From Actinomycetota bacterium (lineage in GTDB: Bacteria; Actinomycetota; Thermoleophilia; Solirubrobacterales; 70-9), in NCBI GenBank assembly GCA_046733335.1, contig JBKPOX010000084.1:6911-70910 (forward strand): DNA of 64,000 bases. The letters are read 5' to 3'. Below the pieces are notes generated by a model. The model was given only the letters and a program-made list of their open reading frames with translations. It had not been told where the DNA came from and ran no database searches. The position numbers and the translations under genes were made by a program. Shown piece after piece: positions 1 to 8,225 of this stretch; position 1 is the stretch's first letter, and every line of letters begins with the position of its first letter.

Positions 1-239
1 CCGAAGAGCAGCATCTGGCTGCTGCGCGCACCTAGCCGGTAGGCCTTGCGCAGCCGCGAGGCGCCCCCGTGGCGGCCGATCTCGGTGTGCGGCATCCCGT
101 GCAGCTCGAGCAGGGCCAGGGTCTGCGCGTAGTCGCGGGCGGTCACCTCGACCGAGTGCCCTTCGGCCTCGAGCCGCCGGATGATCGGCCGCAGCACCAG
201 CACGTGCGCGGGCGCGCTCATGTCGACCCAGATCCTCAC
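1..239 (-). CDS. DUF354-like protein, N-terminal fragment (gene runs off the left edge)
   Basis: Not in the ORF track because it is open at the window edge. The reverse complement of 1-239 reads VRIWVDMSAPAHVLVLRPIIRRLEAEGHSVEVTARDYAQTLALLELHGMPHTEIGRHGG. This fits the N-terminal pattern I recall for DUF354 proteins (RIWIDI..P.HV..F.PII..L...GHEV.ITARDY.QT..LL). Start is GTG at 239 or ATG at 221. Confidence 0.4.
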   Translation of the reverse strand, partial: MRIWVDMSAPAHVLVLRPIIRRLEAEGHSVEVTARDYAQTLALLELHGMPHTEIGRHGGASRLRKAYRLGARSSQMLLF

Positions 240-298
240 GGGGACACCATATTGCCCGCCTCAGCGGCTGCCGGAGAGCGGGTGAGGTGGGGTGTGAC

Positions 299-1564
299 CT
301 AGACGGGTTGGCCGGCGGCGGTGCGGCAGCCAGGCGCGGGGTAGAGGCGCATCAGGTCGTGGACTTCGGTCCGCACCCGCTCGGCCACCGTTTCGTCCTC
401 AGAGGCGGCGATCACCTGGTCCATCCACTCGGCGACCTGAGTCATGTGCTCCCGCTCGAGGCCCCGGGTGGTCAGGGCGGGCGTACCGATGCGGACCCCC
501 GAGGGGTCGAAGGGTTTGCGGGGGTCGAAGGGGATCGAGTTCGCGTTGGTGACGATCCCGGCCCGCGAGAGCGCGGTCGCCGCTTCCTTGCCGCTCAGGC
601 CCTTGCCGGTCATGTCGAGGAGGATCAGGTGGTTGTCGGTTCCGCCCGAGACGAGGTCGAAGTCCCGCTCCAGCAGCTCTGCCGCCAGGGCCTTGGCGTT
701 GTCGACGATTCCATGGGCGTATTCGCGGAACTCGTCGGTACGGGCCTCTCCGAGGGTGACTGCGATCGCCGCGGTCTGGTGCTGATGCGGCCCTCCCTGG
801 AGGCCGGGGAAGACGGCGCGATCGATGGCTTTCGCATGCTCCTCGCGACAGAGGAGGATCGCCCCCCGCGGTCCGCGCAGGGTCTTGTGGGTCGTGGTCA
901 TCACCACGTCGGCGTGGGGGATCGGCGAGCTGTGGGCGCCCCCTGCGATCAAGCCGGCGATATGCGAAACGTCGGCGACCATCAGCGCGTCGATCTCCCG
1001 CGCTATCTCGCCGAAGCCGGCGAAGTCGATCGCCCGCGGCACCGCGGTCCCGCCGCAGAACAGCAGCTTCGGCCGGTGCTCCAGCGCGAGCTCCCGCACG
1101 GCATCCATGTCGACGCGGCCGCTCTCGCGATCGACGCCGTAATGGACGGCGTTGAACCAGATCCCGGTCGCCGAGACGCCCCAGCCATGGGTGAGGTGCC
1201 CGCCGGCGGGAAGCGACAGTCCCATCACGGTGTCGCCGGGCTGCAGGAACGCCAGATAGACGGCGAGGTTGGCGGGAGACCCGGAATAGGGCTGGACGTT
1301 CGCGTGCTCGGCCCCGAAGACCTCCTTCGCCCGGGCGATCGCCAGGCGCTCGACTTTGTCGATCACCTCGTTGCCCTCGTAGTAGCGGCGGCCCGGGTAT
1401 CCCTCCGAGTACTTGTTGACCAGGACGGAGCCGTTGGCTTCGAGGACCGATGCGGAGCAGTAGTTCTCGGAGGGGATCAGGCAGAGCGAGTTTGCCTGCC
1501 GTTCGTCCTCCTTCTGGAGGAGGACTGCAAGCTCAGGATCGGTTGCCTCGACGGGTTGGCCCAC
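299..1564 (-). CDS. glyA: serine hydroxymethyltransferase
   Basis: Track ORF 299..1762(-) contains SENYCSASVLEANGSVLVNKYSEGYPGRRYYEGNE, GGHLTHGW and TTTHKTLRGPRG (PLP-lysine region). The first ~65 codons of the track ORF are Arg/Ala-rich and look non-coding. GTG at 1564 (VGQPVEATDPELAVLL) gives a normal ~421-aa SHMT. Start is uncertain by a few codons. Confidence 0.95.
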   Translation of the reverse strand: MGQPVEATDPELAVLLQKEDERQANSLCLIPSENYCSASVLEANGSVLVNKYSEGYPGRRYYEGNEVIDKVERLAIARAKEVFGAEHANVQPYSGSPANLAVYLAFLQPGDTVMGLSLPAGGHLTHGWGVSATGIWFNAVHYGVDRESGRVDMDAVRELALEHRPKLLFCGGTAVPRAIDFAGFGEIAREIDALMVADVSHIAGLIAGGAHSSPIPHADVVMTTTHKTLRGPRGAILLCREEHAKAIDRAVFPGLQGGPHQHQTAAIAVTLGEARTDEFREYAHGIVDNAKALAAELLERDFDLVSGGTDNHLILLDMTGKGLSGKEAATALSRAGIVTNANSIPFDPRKPFDPSGVRIGTPALTTRGLEREHMTQVAEWMDQVIAASEDETVAERVRTEVHDLMRLYPAPGCRTAAGQPV

Positions 1565-1619
1565 CAGGACGATGCTACCAGCGGCAGCCCGTCCCACTTG
1601 CGGAGCAAGGTCGATCCGG

Positions 1620-2402
1620 ATGGATAGCCTCCCGGCGATGCGCCGACTTCGCGCCGCCGCCCTCGCCATGGCCATCGGAGCCCTCGCGATACCCCTCAGC
1701 CGGGCCGCGGCGACGCCCGATCCCTGCCAGGGCCCTGAAGCCAAGGAGCTTCTTTGCCCCAACCTGCGGATCGGCCCGCCGAGCGAGCTCTACCTCGAGC
1801 GCACCGGCGACGGGCACGTCCTCCTGCGGGCCACCAGCGACGTCCGCAGCCGCGGCCGCGGTCCGATCGAGCTGCGCGGGAGGCGCAACGGCTGGCACTC
1901 GATGCGGACCAACCAGCGCATCTACAGGGTCGGGGGCGGCCACATCACGGTCCCGAGCCGGGCCACCCTCCACTTCACCGACGTCGGCACCTACTTCGGC
2001 GGCTCTTATTGGAAGGTCCACCAGCTGGCCCACTTCGACCTGCTGCGCGTGCGTGGCGACGGCAGCCTGGGGCGGGTCGTCCGCACCAGCCCGAAGCTGA
2101 ACTACTGCCTCCGCGACCTCGAGCGCACCCGCCCCGGCCGGCGCTCGCCGCCGGGTCGTCACTACCCCGGATGCAACCAGAACCCCTACCGGGACCGGGT
2201 GGCCTTGGGGACCTCGGTCGGCTGGTCGGACATCTACCCCGCCGGCTACTCGAAGCAGTGGATCGACGTCGCCGGCCTGCGCGGCTGCTTCGCCTACCGG
2301 ATGACCGTCGACCCGAAGGAGGTCCTCTTCGAGTCCAACGAGAACGACAACACCTCCCAGGTCCTCGTGCGGTTGCCGTATCCCGGCCACACGGGCTGCT
2401 GA
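1620..2402 (+). CDS. secreted lysyl-oxidase-like domain protein
   Basis: Signal peptide MRRLRAAALAMAIGALAIPLSRAAA follows ATG 1620 or 1638. The C-terminal half (YWKVHQLAHFDLL ... KLNYCLRDLE ... GWSDIYPAGYSKQWIDVAGL ... ESNENDN) aligns by eye with the animal LOX catalytic domain (WHSCHQHYH ... KASFCLEDT ... CYDTY..DIDCQWIDITDV ... ESDYTNN). Confidence 0.6.
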   Translation: MDSLPAMRRLRAAALAMAIGALAIPLSRAAATPDPCQGPEAKELLCPNLRIGPPSELYLERTGDGHVLLRATSDVRSRGRGPIELRGRRNGWHSMRTNQRIYRVGGGHITVPSRATLHFTDVGTYFGGSYWKVHQLAHFDLLRVRGDGSLGRVVRTSPKLNYCLRDLERTRPGRRSPPGRHYPGCNQNPYRDRVALGTSVGWSDIYPAGYSKQWIDVAGLRGCFAYRMTVDPKEVLFESNENDNTSQVLVRLPYPGHTGC

Positions 2403-2415
2403 GTCACCCCCGCTG

Positions 2416-3057
2416 TCAGTCGAGGCCGACGGAGGCGAGGGCGCTTCTGACGTCGCCGAGGGAGAGGGCGCCGTCGCGGAGGATGCGCCAGCCGCCGTCC
2501 TCGTCGATCGCGGCGACGTCGACCACGGTCGAGGGCAGGCCCGGCAGCTCGCCGCCGTCGATCGCCAGGTCGGCGCCCTCGCGGATCGGCTCCGGCACCT
2601 CGTCGAAGCTGGCCGCCGCCGGCTCGCCGCTGAGGTTGGCCGAGGTCTGGAAGACCGGGCACATCGTCCCGGCCAGCGGCCCGCCGATCAGGCGGATGCC
2701 GAGCCGTTCGGGATCCTGGCGGCAGGCGAGCGGGTAGCGCCGCTGCGGGTTGGCGACGACGAGGGTCACTGGGCCAGGCAGGAGGGCGCTGGCGACCGCC
2801 TTCGTGCGCGGGCCGAGCCCGGTCAGCAGCTCGCGGATCGCCAGCGGCGAGAAGTACATGACCGCCGAGGGCTTGCCGTCGTCGCGGCCCTTGAGCCGGT
2901 GGATCCTGGCGATCGCCCCCGCGTCGAGCGGGTCGCAGGCGAGCCCGTAGAGGCCGTCGGCGGGAAAGACGGCGACGCCGCCGTCGGCGATGCAGCGCTC
3001 CAGTGCCTTGCGGGCGACGTCGGCTTCGCCGCTCCGCAGGCGAACCAGCTCGCTCAC
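2416..3057 (-). CDS. tsaC: L-threonylcarbamoyladenylate synthase (YrdC/Sua5 family, short form)
   Basis: C-terminal 213 aa of track ORF 2416..3810 show YrdC-fold motifs: VAVFPADGLYGLACDP, RIHRLKGRDDGKPSAVM, LPGPVTLV, FQTSANLSGEP. GTG at 3057 overlaps the prmC stop by 4 nt (GTGA). The upstream part of the track ORF is shadow sequence over prmC. Confidence 0.85.
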   Translation of the reverse strand: MSELVRLRSGEADVARKALERCIADGGVAVFPADGLYGLACDPLDAGAIARIHRLKGRDDGKPSAVMYFSPLAIRELLTGLGPRTKAVASALLPGPVTLVVANPQRRYPLACRQDPERLGIRLIGGPLAGTMCPVFQTSANLSGEPAAASFDEVPEPIREGADLAIDGGELPGLPSTVVDVAAIDEDGGWRILRDGALSLGDVRSALASVGLD

Positions 3058-3932
3058 CCCGCACCTCCCGCGCGGCCGAGAACGACGCGCTCGGTCCCCG
3101 CCAGGTCGCGCCGCGCCTCGATCCCGGCAAACCCAGCCTCCCGGAACAGCTCCGTCACCGCGGGCGCCTGCCCCTCCCCCACCTCGACGGCGAGTGTGGT
3201 CGAGCTTCTTCCCGGATCGCGAGCGAAAGCTCGACCACACAGCGGGATGAAGTAGCGATAGGAATCCAAGCCGTCGGGGCCCGCCAGCAGCGCCTCGCGC
3301 GGCTCCCAGCGGGTGACCTCGGGCTGGAGCGAGGTCCAGTCGCGCTCGGCGACGTAGGGAAGGTTGGCAAGCACGAGCTCGTGACCGCCCGAGGCTTCGC
3401 GATCGTCGGGAAGGGTTCCTGCGAGGAAGCTCACGCAGTCGACCAGGCCCAGGCGCTCCGCGTTCGCGCGGGCGACCTGCAGCGCCCCGGGCGAGGTGTC
3501 GGTCGCGGTCACCTCGCACTCCGGCAGCTCGTCGGCTACGGCGAGCGCGATCGCCCCCGAGCCGGTGCCGACGTCGAGCAGGCGCCGCGGCCGCAGCTCC
3601 AGCGATAGCTCGACCAGCAGCTCGGTCTCGGGGCGCGGGATCAGCACCCGGCGGTCGACCGCCAGCTCCAGGCGGCGGAAGCCTTTGCGGCCGAGGATGT
3701 AGGCGACCGGCTCCCGGCGCAGGCGCCGCCGCACCAGCTCGCCGAAGCGGCGCGCCGCCGGCGGCGGGATCTCGGCGGCGGGATCGGCGAAGAGGGCCGC
3801 CCGCTCCCACCCCCCGGCCTCGGCGAGCAGCAGCTCGGCGGCGAGGCGGGCGTCCTCGACGCCCGCCGCACTCATCGCCTCGACCGCCGCCGAGAGAGCT
3901 TCGCCGGCGGTTGCGCCGGCCGTGGCCACCAT
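3054..3932 (-). CDS. prmC: release-factor glutamine N5-methyltransferase
   Basis: Motifs: EPVAYILGRKGFRRLELAVDRRVLIPRPETE, LLDVGTGSGAIALA (SAM motif I), ANLPYV (motif IV variant). The ATG shares one nucleotide with the prfA stop (TGATG). Classic prfA-prmC order. Confidence 0.9.
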   Translation of the reverse strand: MVATAGATAGEALSAAVEAMSAAGVEDARLAAELLLAEAGGWERAALFADPAAEIPPPAARRFGELVRRRLRREPVAYILGRKGFRRLELAVDRRVLIPRPETELLVELSLELRPRRLLDVGTGSGAIALAVADELPECEVTATDTSPGALQVARANAERLGLVDCVSFLAGTLPDDREASGGHELVLANLPYVAERDWTSLQPEVTRWEPREALLAGPDGLDSYRYFIPLCGRAFARDPGRSSTTLAVEVGEGQAPAVTELFREAGFAGIEARRDLAGTERVVLGRAGGAG

Positions 3933-5017
3933 CAGGCCGCGGTCGACGCCGCCGCCTCCAGCCGCTGCCGCTTCTCCTCCGCCGCCAGCGCCTCGGTGAA
4001 CTCCCGCAGCCCCCCCGCCAGCACCCCCTCGAGGTTGTGCGAGGTGTGCTTGATCCGGTGGTCGGTGACCCGGCCCTGGGGAAAGTTGTAGGTGCGGATC
4101 TTCTCCGAGCGCTCGCCGCTGCCGACCTGGGCCTTGCGCTCGGAGGCGATCTTGGCCTGCTGCTCGGCCAGCTCGCGCTCGTACAGCCGCGCCCGCAGCA
4201 CCCGCATCGCCCGCTCCCGGTTCTGCAGCTGGGACTTCTCGTCCTGCATCGAGACGACGATCCCGGTCGGCTTGTGGGTGATCCGGACCGCCGAGTCGGT
4301 CGTGTTGACCGACTGGCCGCCCGGCCCGGAGGAGCGGTAGACGTCGATCTGCAGGTCGTTGGGGTCGACCTCGACCTCGACCTCCTCCACCTCCGGCAGC
4401 ACCGCGATCGTCGCCGTGGACGTGTGGATGCGCCCCTGCGACTCGGTCTCCGGCACCCGCTGGACGCGGTGGGTCCCGCCCTCGAACTTGAAGACCGAGT
4501 AGGCCCCCTCGCCCCTGACCTCGAAGGTGATCTCCTTGAACCCGCCCGGCTCGGAGGGCGACTGCGAGAGCGCTTCGGTGGCGAAGCCGAGCTCGTCCGC
4601 GTAGCGGCTGAGCATCTTGAAGAGGTCGCCGGCGAACAGCGCCGCCTCGTCGCCGCCGGTGCCGGCGCGGATCTCGACGATCACGTTCTTGGCGTCGTTG
4701 GGGTCGCGCTCGACCATCGCCAGGCGAATCTCCTCTTCCAGCTCCTCCAGCTGCGCCGGCGTCTCCTCGACCACCCGCCGCAGCTCCTCGTCCTCGCCGC
4801 CCTCCGCAAGCAGCTCGCGCGCCCCTTCGAGGTCGTCGCGCAGGGTCCGCCAGCGGCCCGCTAGCTCGCTGGCCGGCTGCAGCTCGCGGTACTCCCGCCC
4901 CACCGCCGCGTAGCGCTCACGATCGGCGATCACCGCGGGGTCCGACATCTGCCCCTCGAGCTCGGCGAACCGCGCCTCGATCTGGTCGACCAGCTGCTCG
5001 ATCACCTCCTGAACCAT
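3932..5017 (-). CDS. prfA: peptide chain release factor 1
   Basis: 361 aa. Contains SSGPGGQSVNTTDSAVRITHKPTGIVV (GGQ motif) and a typical RF1 N-terminus (ARFAELEGQMSDPAVIAD). Confidence 0.97.
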   Translation of the reverse strand: MVQEVIEQLVDQIEARFAELEGQMSDPAVIADRERYAAVGREYRELQPASELAGRWRTLRDDLEGARELLAEGGEDEELRRVVEETPAQLEELEEEIRLAMVERDPNDAKNVIVEIRAGTGGDEAALFAGDLFKMLSRYADELGFATEALSQSPSEPGGFKEITFEVRGEGAYSVFKFEGGTHRVQRVPETESQGRIHTSTATIAVLPEVEEVEVEVDPNDLQIDVYRSSGPGGQSVNTTDSAVRITHKPTGIVVSMQDEKSQLQNRERAMRVLRARLYERELAEQQAKIASERKAQVGSGERSEKIRTYNFPQGRVTDHRIKHTSHNLEGVLAGGLREFTEALAAEEKRQRLEAAASTAA

Positions 5018-5018
5018 A

Positions 5019-5058
5019 CGGCGGCGACCCGGGAAGGAGAGGACCCGGGTCGCCGCCG
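5019..5058 (-). terminator. 15-bp perfect GC-rich hairpin between the upstream accessory gene and the prfA start
   Basis: 5019-5033 (CGGCGGCGACCCGGG) is the exact reverse complement of 5044-5058, with a 10-nt loop. On the minus strand it follows the stop of the 5081..5887 gene and ends 1 nt before the prfA ATG (5017). No clear U-tract. Confidence 0.4.
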
Positions 5059-5080
5059 ACCTTGGGGAGAAGAACGTCGC

Positions 5081-5887
5081 CTAGGACTTCGGCGTGCAGG
5101 GATTCAGCAACGTGCCGCTCAGCACCGTCGCTCCTCCGCCACCGACTTCGTCCTGGAAAACAGCCTTGATCACCTTCACGTCGAGGTGCCCGTCCGAGCA
5201 TTTGGCGAGGTCGTAGCTCTTGCGCTCACCCTTGTAGGTGAAGTAGCGCCCGAACCCGAGCGTGAAGCGGGTGATCGAGCCGCTCCCGCCGGCGATGCGG
5301 GGGACGGTCATCACGGCGCGCAGCCCGTAGCGACCGTGGTGGACCTTGCTGATCCTGATCGTGCTGACGATCGCGGCGGGCGTCGGCACGGTGATGAATC
5401 CGTGGATGAAGATCGTCGTGACGCCGCCCTTGACGCCTCCGTTGAAGAGCGTGATCGGGCTCCGGGCGGGGATCGGCGCTTGTTCGGGGAACGCCACCTC
5501 GCCCCAGCCGACGCCGGTGCCGACGATCGCCTTGCCGCAGATTCGCCTCACGGTGGCCACGTCGCGCGCCACGAGCTGACCGAAGCTGCAGGTGGGGAGA
5601 CCCACCGGGTCAAGGGCACCGTCGCCGTCGAGGTCGGCGACCACTTCCCGTAACGCCGGGGGATGCGTTCCGTCAATGGTGGTCAGTTCCCCCCTCGCCT
5701 TGAAGAAGGCGGGGGCGAAATCGTCCCTCGGGCGCTCGAGAGGGAGCACAACCGCGTCCGCCGTCAGGCTCAGGTTGCCAGCCCGCATGACCAGGGGCTT
5801 TGCCGCGGCGACCCCGGCCACGATCAGCACGACCACAGCACCGAACGGCATCCACCTGAGGATTCCCTTCGTCCCGAACCGCCTCAT
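5081..5887 (-). CDS. hypothetical secreted or membrane-anchored protein
   Basis: Inner part of track ORF 5081..6118. ATG at 5887 is preceded by GGAGGGA. The N-terminus MRRFGTKGILRWMPFGAVVVLIVAGVAAA is a signal or anchor. I recognise no family motif. Confidence 0.55.
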   Translation of the reverse strand: MRRFGTKGILRWMPFGAVVVLIVAGVAAAKPLVMRAGNLSLTADAVVLPLERPRDDFAPAFFKARGELTTIDGTHPPALREVVADLDGDGALDPVGLPTCSFGQLVARDVATVRRICGKAIVGTGVGWGEVAFPEQAPIPARSPITLFNGGVKGGVTTIFIHGFITVPTPAAIVSTIRISKVHHGRYGLRAVMTVPRIAGGSGSITRFTLGFGRYFTYKGERKSYDLAKCSDGHLDVKVIKAVFQDEVGGGGATVLSGTLLNPCTPKS

Positions 5888-5943
5888 ACCCGTCCCTCCG
5901 TTCGCAAGCCTTCCAGATTTCGCATTAGTTAGACTAACATGAA

Positions 5944-6342
5944 ATGGAGATGGCGCAAGTACAACTCGAGCAGGGGTCCCGTTGTCTCGGCCTCCCCTCC
6001 CTGCTGAGCAGCGGGGACGTGGAGGGGGCGAGCAGCTGCCTTGCCCGGCACGTCTGCCTCCTGACGCCCGATGCGACGGCGGTGCACGGGAGAGAGGGAG
6101 TCCGCCAAGTGTTCGCACAGCTGATCGCCAGCAAGATCCGAATCGAGGTGGAGGCCAGCAGGGTCCTGGTCGTCGACGACACGGCGCTTTCGCGCGAGCG
6201 CTGGGGGGTCACCAGCAGTGGAATCGCCGGCTCCCGGGGGACCGGCGTGCTCTGTCCGACCTTCTCGTTGCAGCGAATCGAAGGCACCTGGAAGGTGGCA
6301 ATTCTCGTTCTCTGGGGATGGGGAGACAGCCTCGGGAGCTGA
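5944..6342 (+). CDS. small SnoaL/DUF4440-like (NTF2-fold) protein
   Basis: 132 aa. The pattern ...DATAVHGREGVRQVFAQLIA...VDDTALSRERWGVTS...FSLQRIEGTWKVAI resembles NTF2-like/SnoaL-like small proteins. Weak, pattern-level call. Confidence 0.4.
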   Translation: MEMAQVQLEQGSRCLGLPSLLSSGDVEGASSCLARHVCLLTPDATAVHGREGVRQVFAQLIASKIRIEVEASRVLVVDDTALSRERWGVTSSGIAGSRGTGVLCPTFSLQRIEGTWKVAILVLWGWGDSLGS

Positions 6343-6406
6343 CGGACCGGGCATCTATCGTGTCCCTGTGAATCAGGGGGACTCGAAGGCGAAGCGGCCG
6401 TACCGG

Positions 6407-6976
6407 ATGCAGGCGCGAGCCAAGGCCACCGCGAGGACGCGCGAGCGGATCCTCAATGCCTCGATCGAAGCATTCGACCAGCTGCCCACGGACCAGATCA
6501 CCCTGGCAGCGGTCGCGGAGCGGGCCGGCGTGACCGTGCAGACGATCCTGCGCCATTTCGGCGACCGTCGCAGGCTCTTCGAATCCGCCGTCACGCACCT
6601 GGGAATGGAGATGGGGACCGACAGGGGCCTGCCCCCGGTGGGCGACCTGAAGGGAGCGGTCGGACCCCTGATCGACCACTACGAGAAATATGGCGACCGG
6701 ATCATCCGGATGCTCGCCCAGGAACCCGGCAACCCAGACCTCCAGCAGCTGGCTGACCTGGGGCGCCAGTTCCACGCGCATTGGTGCGAGCGGGCCTTCG
6801 CCCCTGCGCTCGTGGCCCTGAAGGGCGCCGATCGGGCCCGGCGCCTCGGCCAGCTCGTCGCCCTCACCGACATCTACATGTGGAAGCTGCTGCGGCGCGA
6901 CCGCCAGCTCAGCCGCCGCCAAACCAAGCTCGCCCTCTACGAGCTGCTCGAACCCCTGACCGAGGGCACGGCCTGA
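6407..6976 (+). CDS. TetR family transcriptional regulator
   Basis: RTRERILNASIEAFDQLPTDQITLAAVAERAGVTVQTILRHFGDRRRLF is a TetR N-terminal HTH. Start is ATG 6407 or GTG 6368; the track ORF from 6218 is over-extended. Confidence 0.85.
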   Translation: MQARAKATARTRERILNASIEAFDQLPTDQITLAAVAERAGVTVQTILRHFGDRRRLFESAVTHLGMEMGTDRGLPPVGDLKGAVGPLIDHYEKYGDRIIRMLAQEPGNPDLQQLADLGRQFHAHWCERAFAPALVALKGADRARRLGQLVALTDIYMWKLLRRDRQLSRRQTKLALYELLEPLTEGTA

Positions 6977-7002
6977 GCCGGGTTCTCGCCTACACCGGCC
7001 CG

Positions 7003-8196
7003 ATGGTCGGTCACCTGTTCCCGCTGGCGGCGATCCTCGAAGGGCTCTGCCGGCGCGGCCACGAGGTTTCCCTTCGCACCCTCTCCTCTCAGGTGGAGTT
7101 GATGCGAGGCCGCGGCATCGAGGCGGCGCCGATCGATCCCGCCATCGAGGCGATCGCGATGGACGACTGGCGCACCGGGAGTCTCCTGAGGGGACAGGAG
7201 CGAGCGGCCCGCGTCTTCCTGCAGCGATCGCGGCACGAGGTGGCCGACCTTCGCGAGGCGATCGCCGCCGAGAGGCCCGACGCGCTGCTGATCGACGTCG
7301 CGACCTGGGGCGCCCTCAGCGGTGCAGAGGCATGGAGCGGGAGATGGGCCTGCTTCAGCCCGTTCCTGCTGCCGCTGCCCTCCTCCCATGCGCCGCCGTA
7401 CGGCTTCGGCCTGCGGCCGGCGCGGGGTCCGTTGGGCCGAGCCCGTGACCGGCTGCTGGAACCGATCCTCACCCACGGCTTCGACCGCATCGTCCTCCCC
7501 GCCCTCAACGAGCTGCGGGCGACGCTTTCCCTGCCGCCGCTCGCCCACGGACTCGAGATCTTCCTGCGACCGCCGCTACTCCTCTCGATGACGGCAGAGC
7601 CCTTCGACTACCCCCATCCAGACTGGCCTTCGCACGTCGTCTCGGTCGGTCCCTGCGTTTGGGAGCCGCCTGGGGAGCTGCCGGCAGAGGTGGACGCTAT
7701 GAAAAGGCCGATCGTGCTCGTCACCACCTCTTCCGATTTCCAGGACGACGGACGGCTCGCTCTTTGTGCGCTGGAAGCGCTCGCCGACGAGCGCTTCCAG
7801 GTCGTCGCCACCTTGCCGTCGGCAGATGTCGGTTCGTCGGACCTTCCACCCAACGCAACCGTCCTCGGGTTCGCCCCCCACGTCCCGCTGCTTGCGCGTT
7901 CGGTCTGCGCGATCACGCACGGCGGCATGGGGGCGACGCAAAAGGCGCTGGCGATGGGCGTCCCGGTCTGCGCCGTTCCGTTCGGCCGCGACCAGTTCGA
8001 GGTGGCGAGGCGGGTGGAGAACGCTGGCGCCGGCACCTGGCTGCCGGCACGACGCCTCACCCCAGGGCGGTTGCGAGCAAAGGTCCACGGGGCGATCGCC
8101 AGGCGTGCAGGAGCGGAACGGGTCGGCCGGACCTTCGCCGCCAAGGGAGCCGCGACCGATGCGGCCGATGTCCTCGAAGCACGGCTCGCGTTGTGA
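7003..8196 (+). CDS. GT1-family (UDP-glycosyltransferase / MGT-like) glycosyltransferase
   Basis: N-terminal GHLFPLAAILEGLCRRGHEV and C-terminal HGGMGATQKALAMGVPVCAVPFGRDQFEVARRVENAGAG are typical of GT1/GT28-C glycosyltransferases. The first ATG is 7003. The conserved first beta-strand (RVLAYTG) lies upstream with only a CTG (6973) in frame, so the start is uncertain. Confidence 0.8.
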   Translation: MVGHLFPLAAILEGLCRRGHEVSLRTLSSQVELMRGRGIEAAPIDPAIEAIAMDDWRTGSLLRGQERAARVFLQRSRHEVADLREAIAAERPDALLIDVATWGALSGAEAWSGRWACFSPFLLPLPSSHAPPYGFGLRPARGPLGRARDRLLEPILTHGFDRIVLPALNELRATLSLPPLAHGLEIFLRPPLLLSMTAEPFDYPHPDWPSHVVSVGPCVWEPPGELPAEVDAMKRPIVLVTTSSDFQDDGRLALCALEALADERFQVVATLPSADVGSSDLPPNATVLGFAPHVPLLARSVCAITHGGMGATQKALAMGVPVCAVPFGRDQFEVARRVENAGAGTWLPARRLTPGRLRAKVHGAIARRAGAERVGRTFAAKGAATDAADVLEARLAL

Positions 8197-8225
8197 ACGC
8201 CTCCGGTTATCGGTTTCGACGGCGG

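Noticed and set aside
287-1627. Long antisense or out-of-frame ORFs throughout the window. Examples: 287..1627(+), 9001..10590(-), 13355..14962(+), 14700..16814(+), 29607..31757(+), 41748..43613(+), 51711..53156(+), 56622..59423(-).
   Set aside because: They overlap genes with clear family motifs on the other strand or frame. Their translations are Arg/Ala/Gly/Pro-rich low-complexity strings typical of shadow ORFs in high-GC DNA. None shows a recognisable motif.
2416-3810. Over-extended 5' ends of many track ORFs: 2416..3810, 17433..18614, 20920..22098, 30966..32477, 32722..34239, 47817..49001, 48575..50230, 49945..50664, 53705..55474, 5081..6118.
   Set aside because: The homologous, motif-bearing part begins well inside each ORF, often at a start that overlaps the upstream stop by 1-4 nt. 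The upstream portions overlap the neighbouring gene and look non-coding. Shorter coordinates are used in the feature list.
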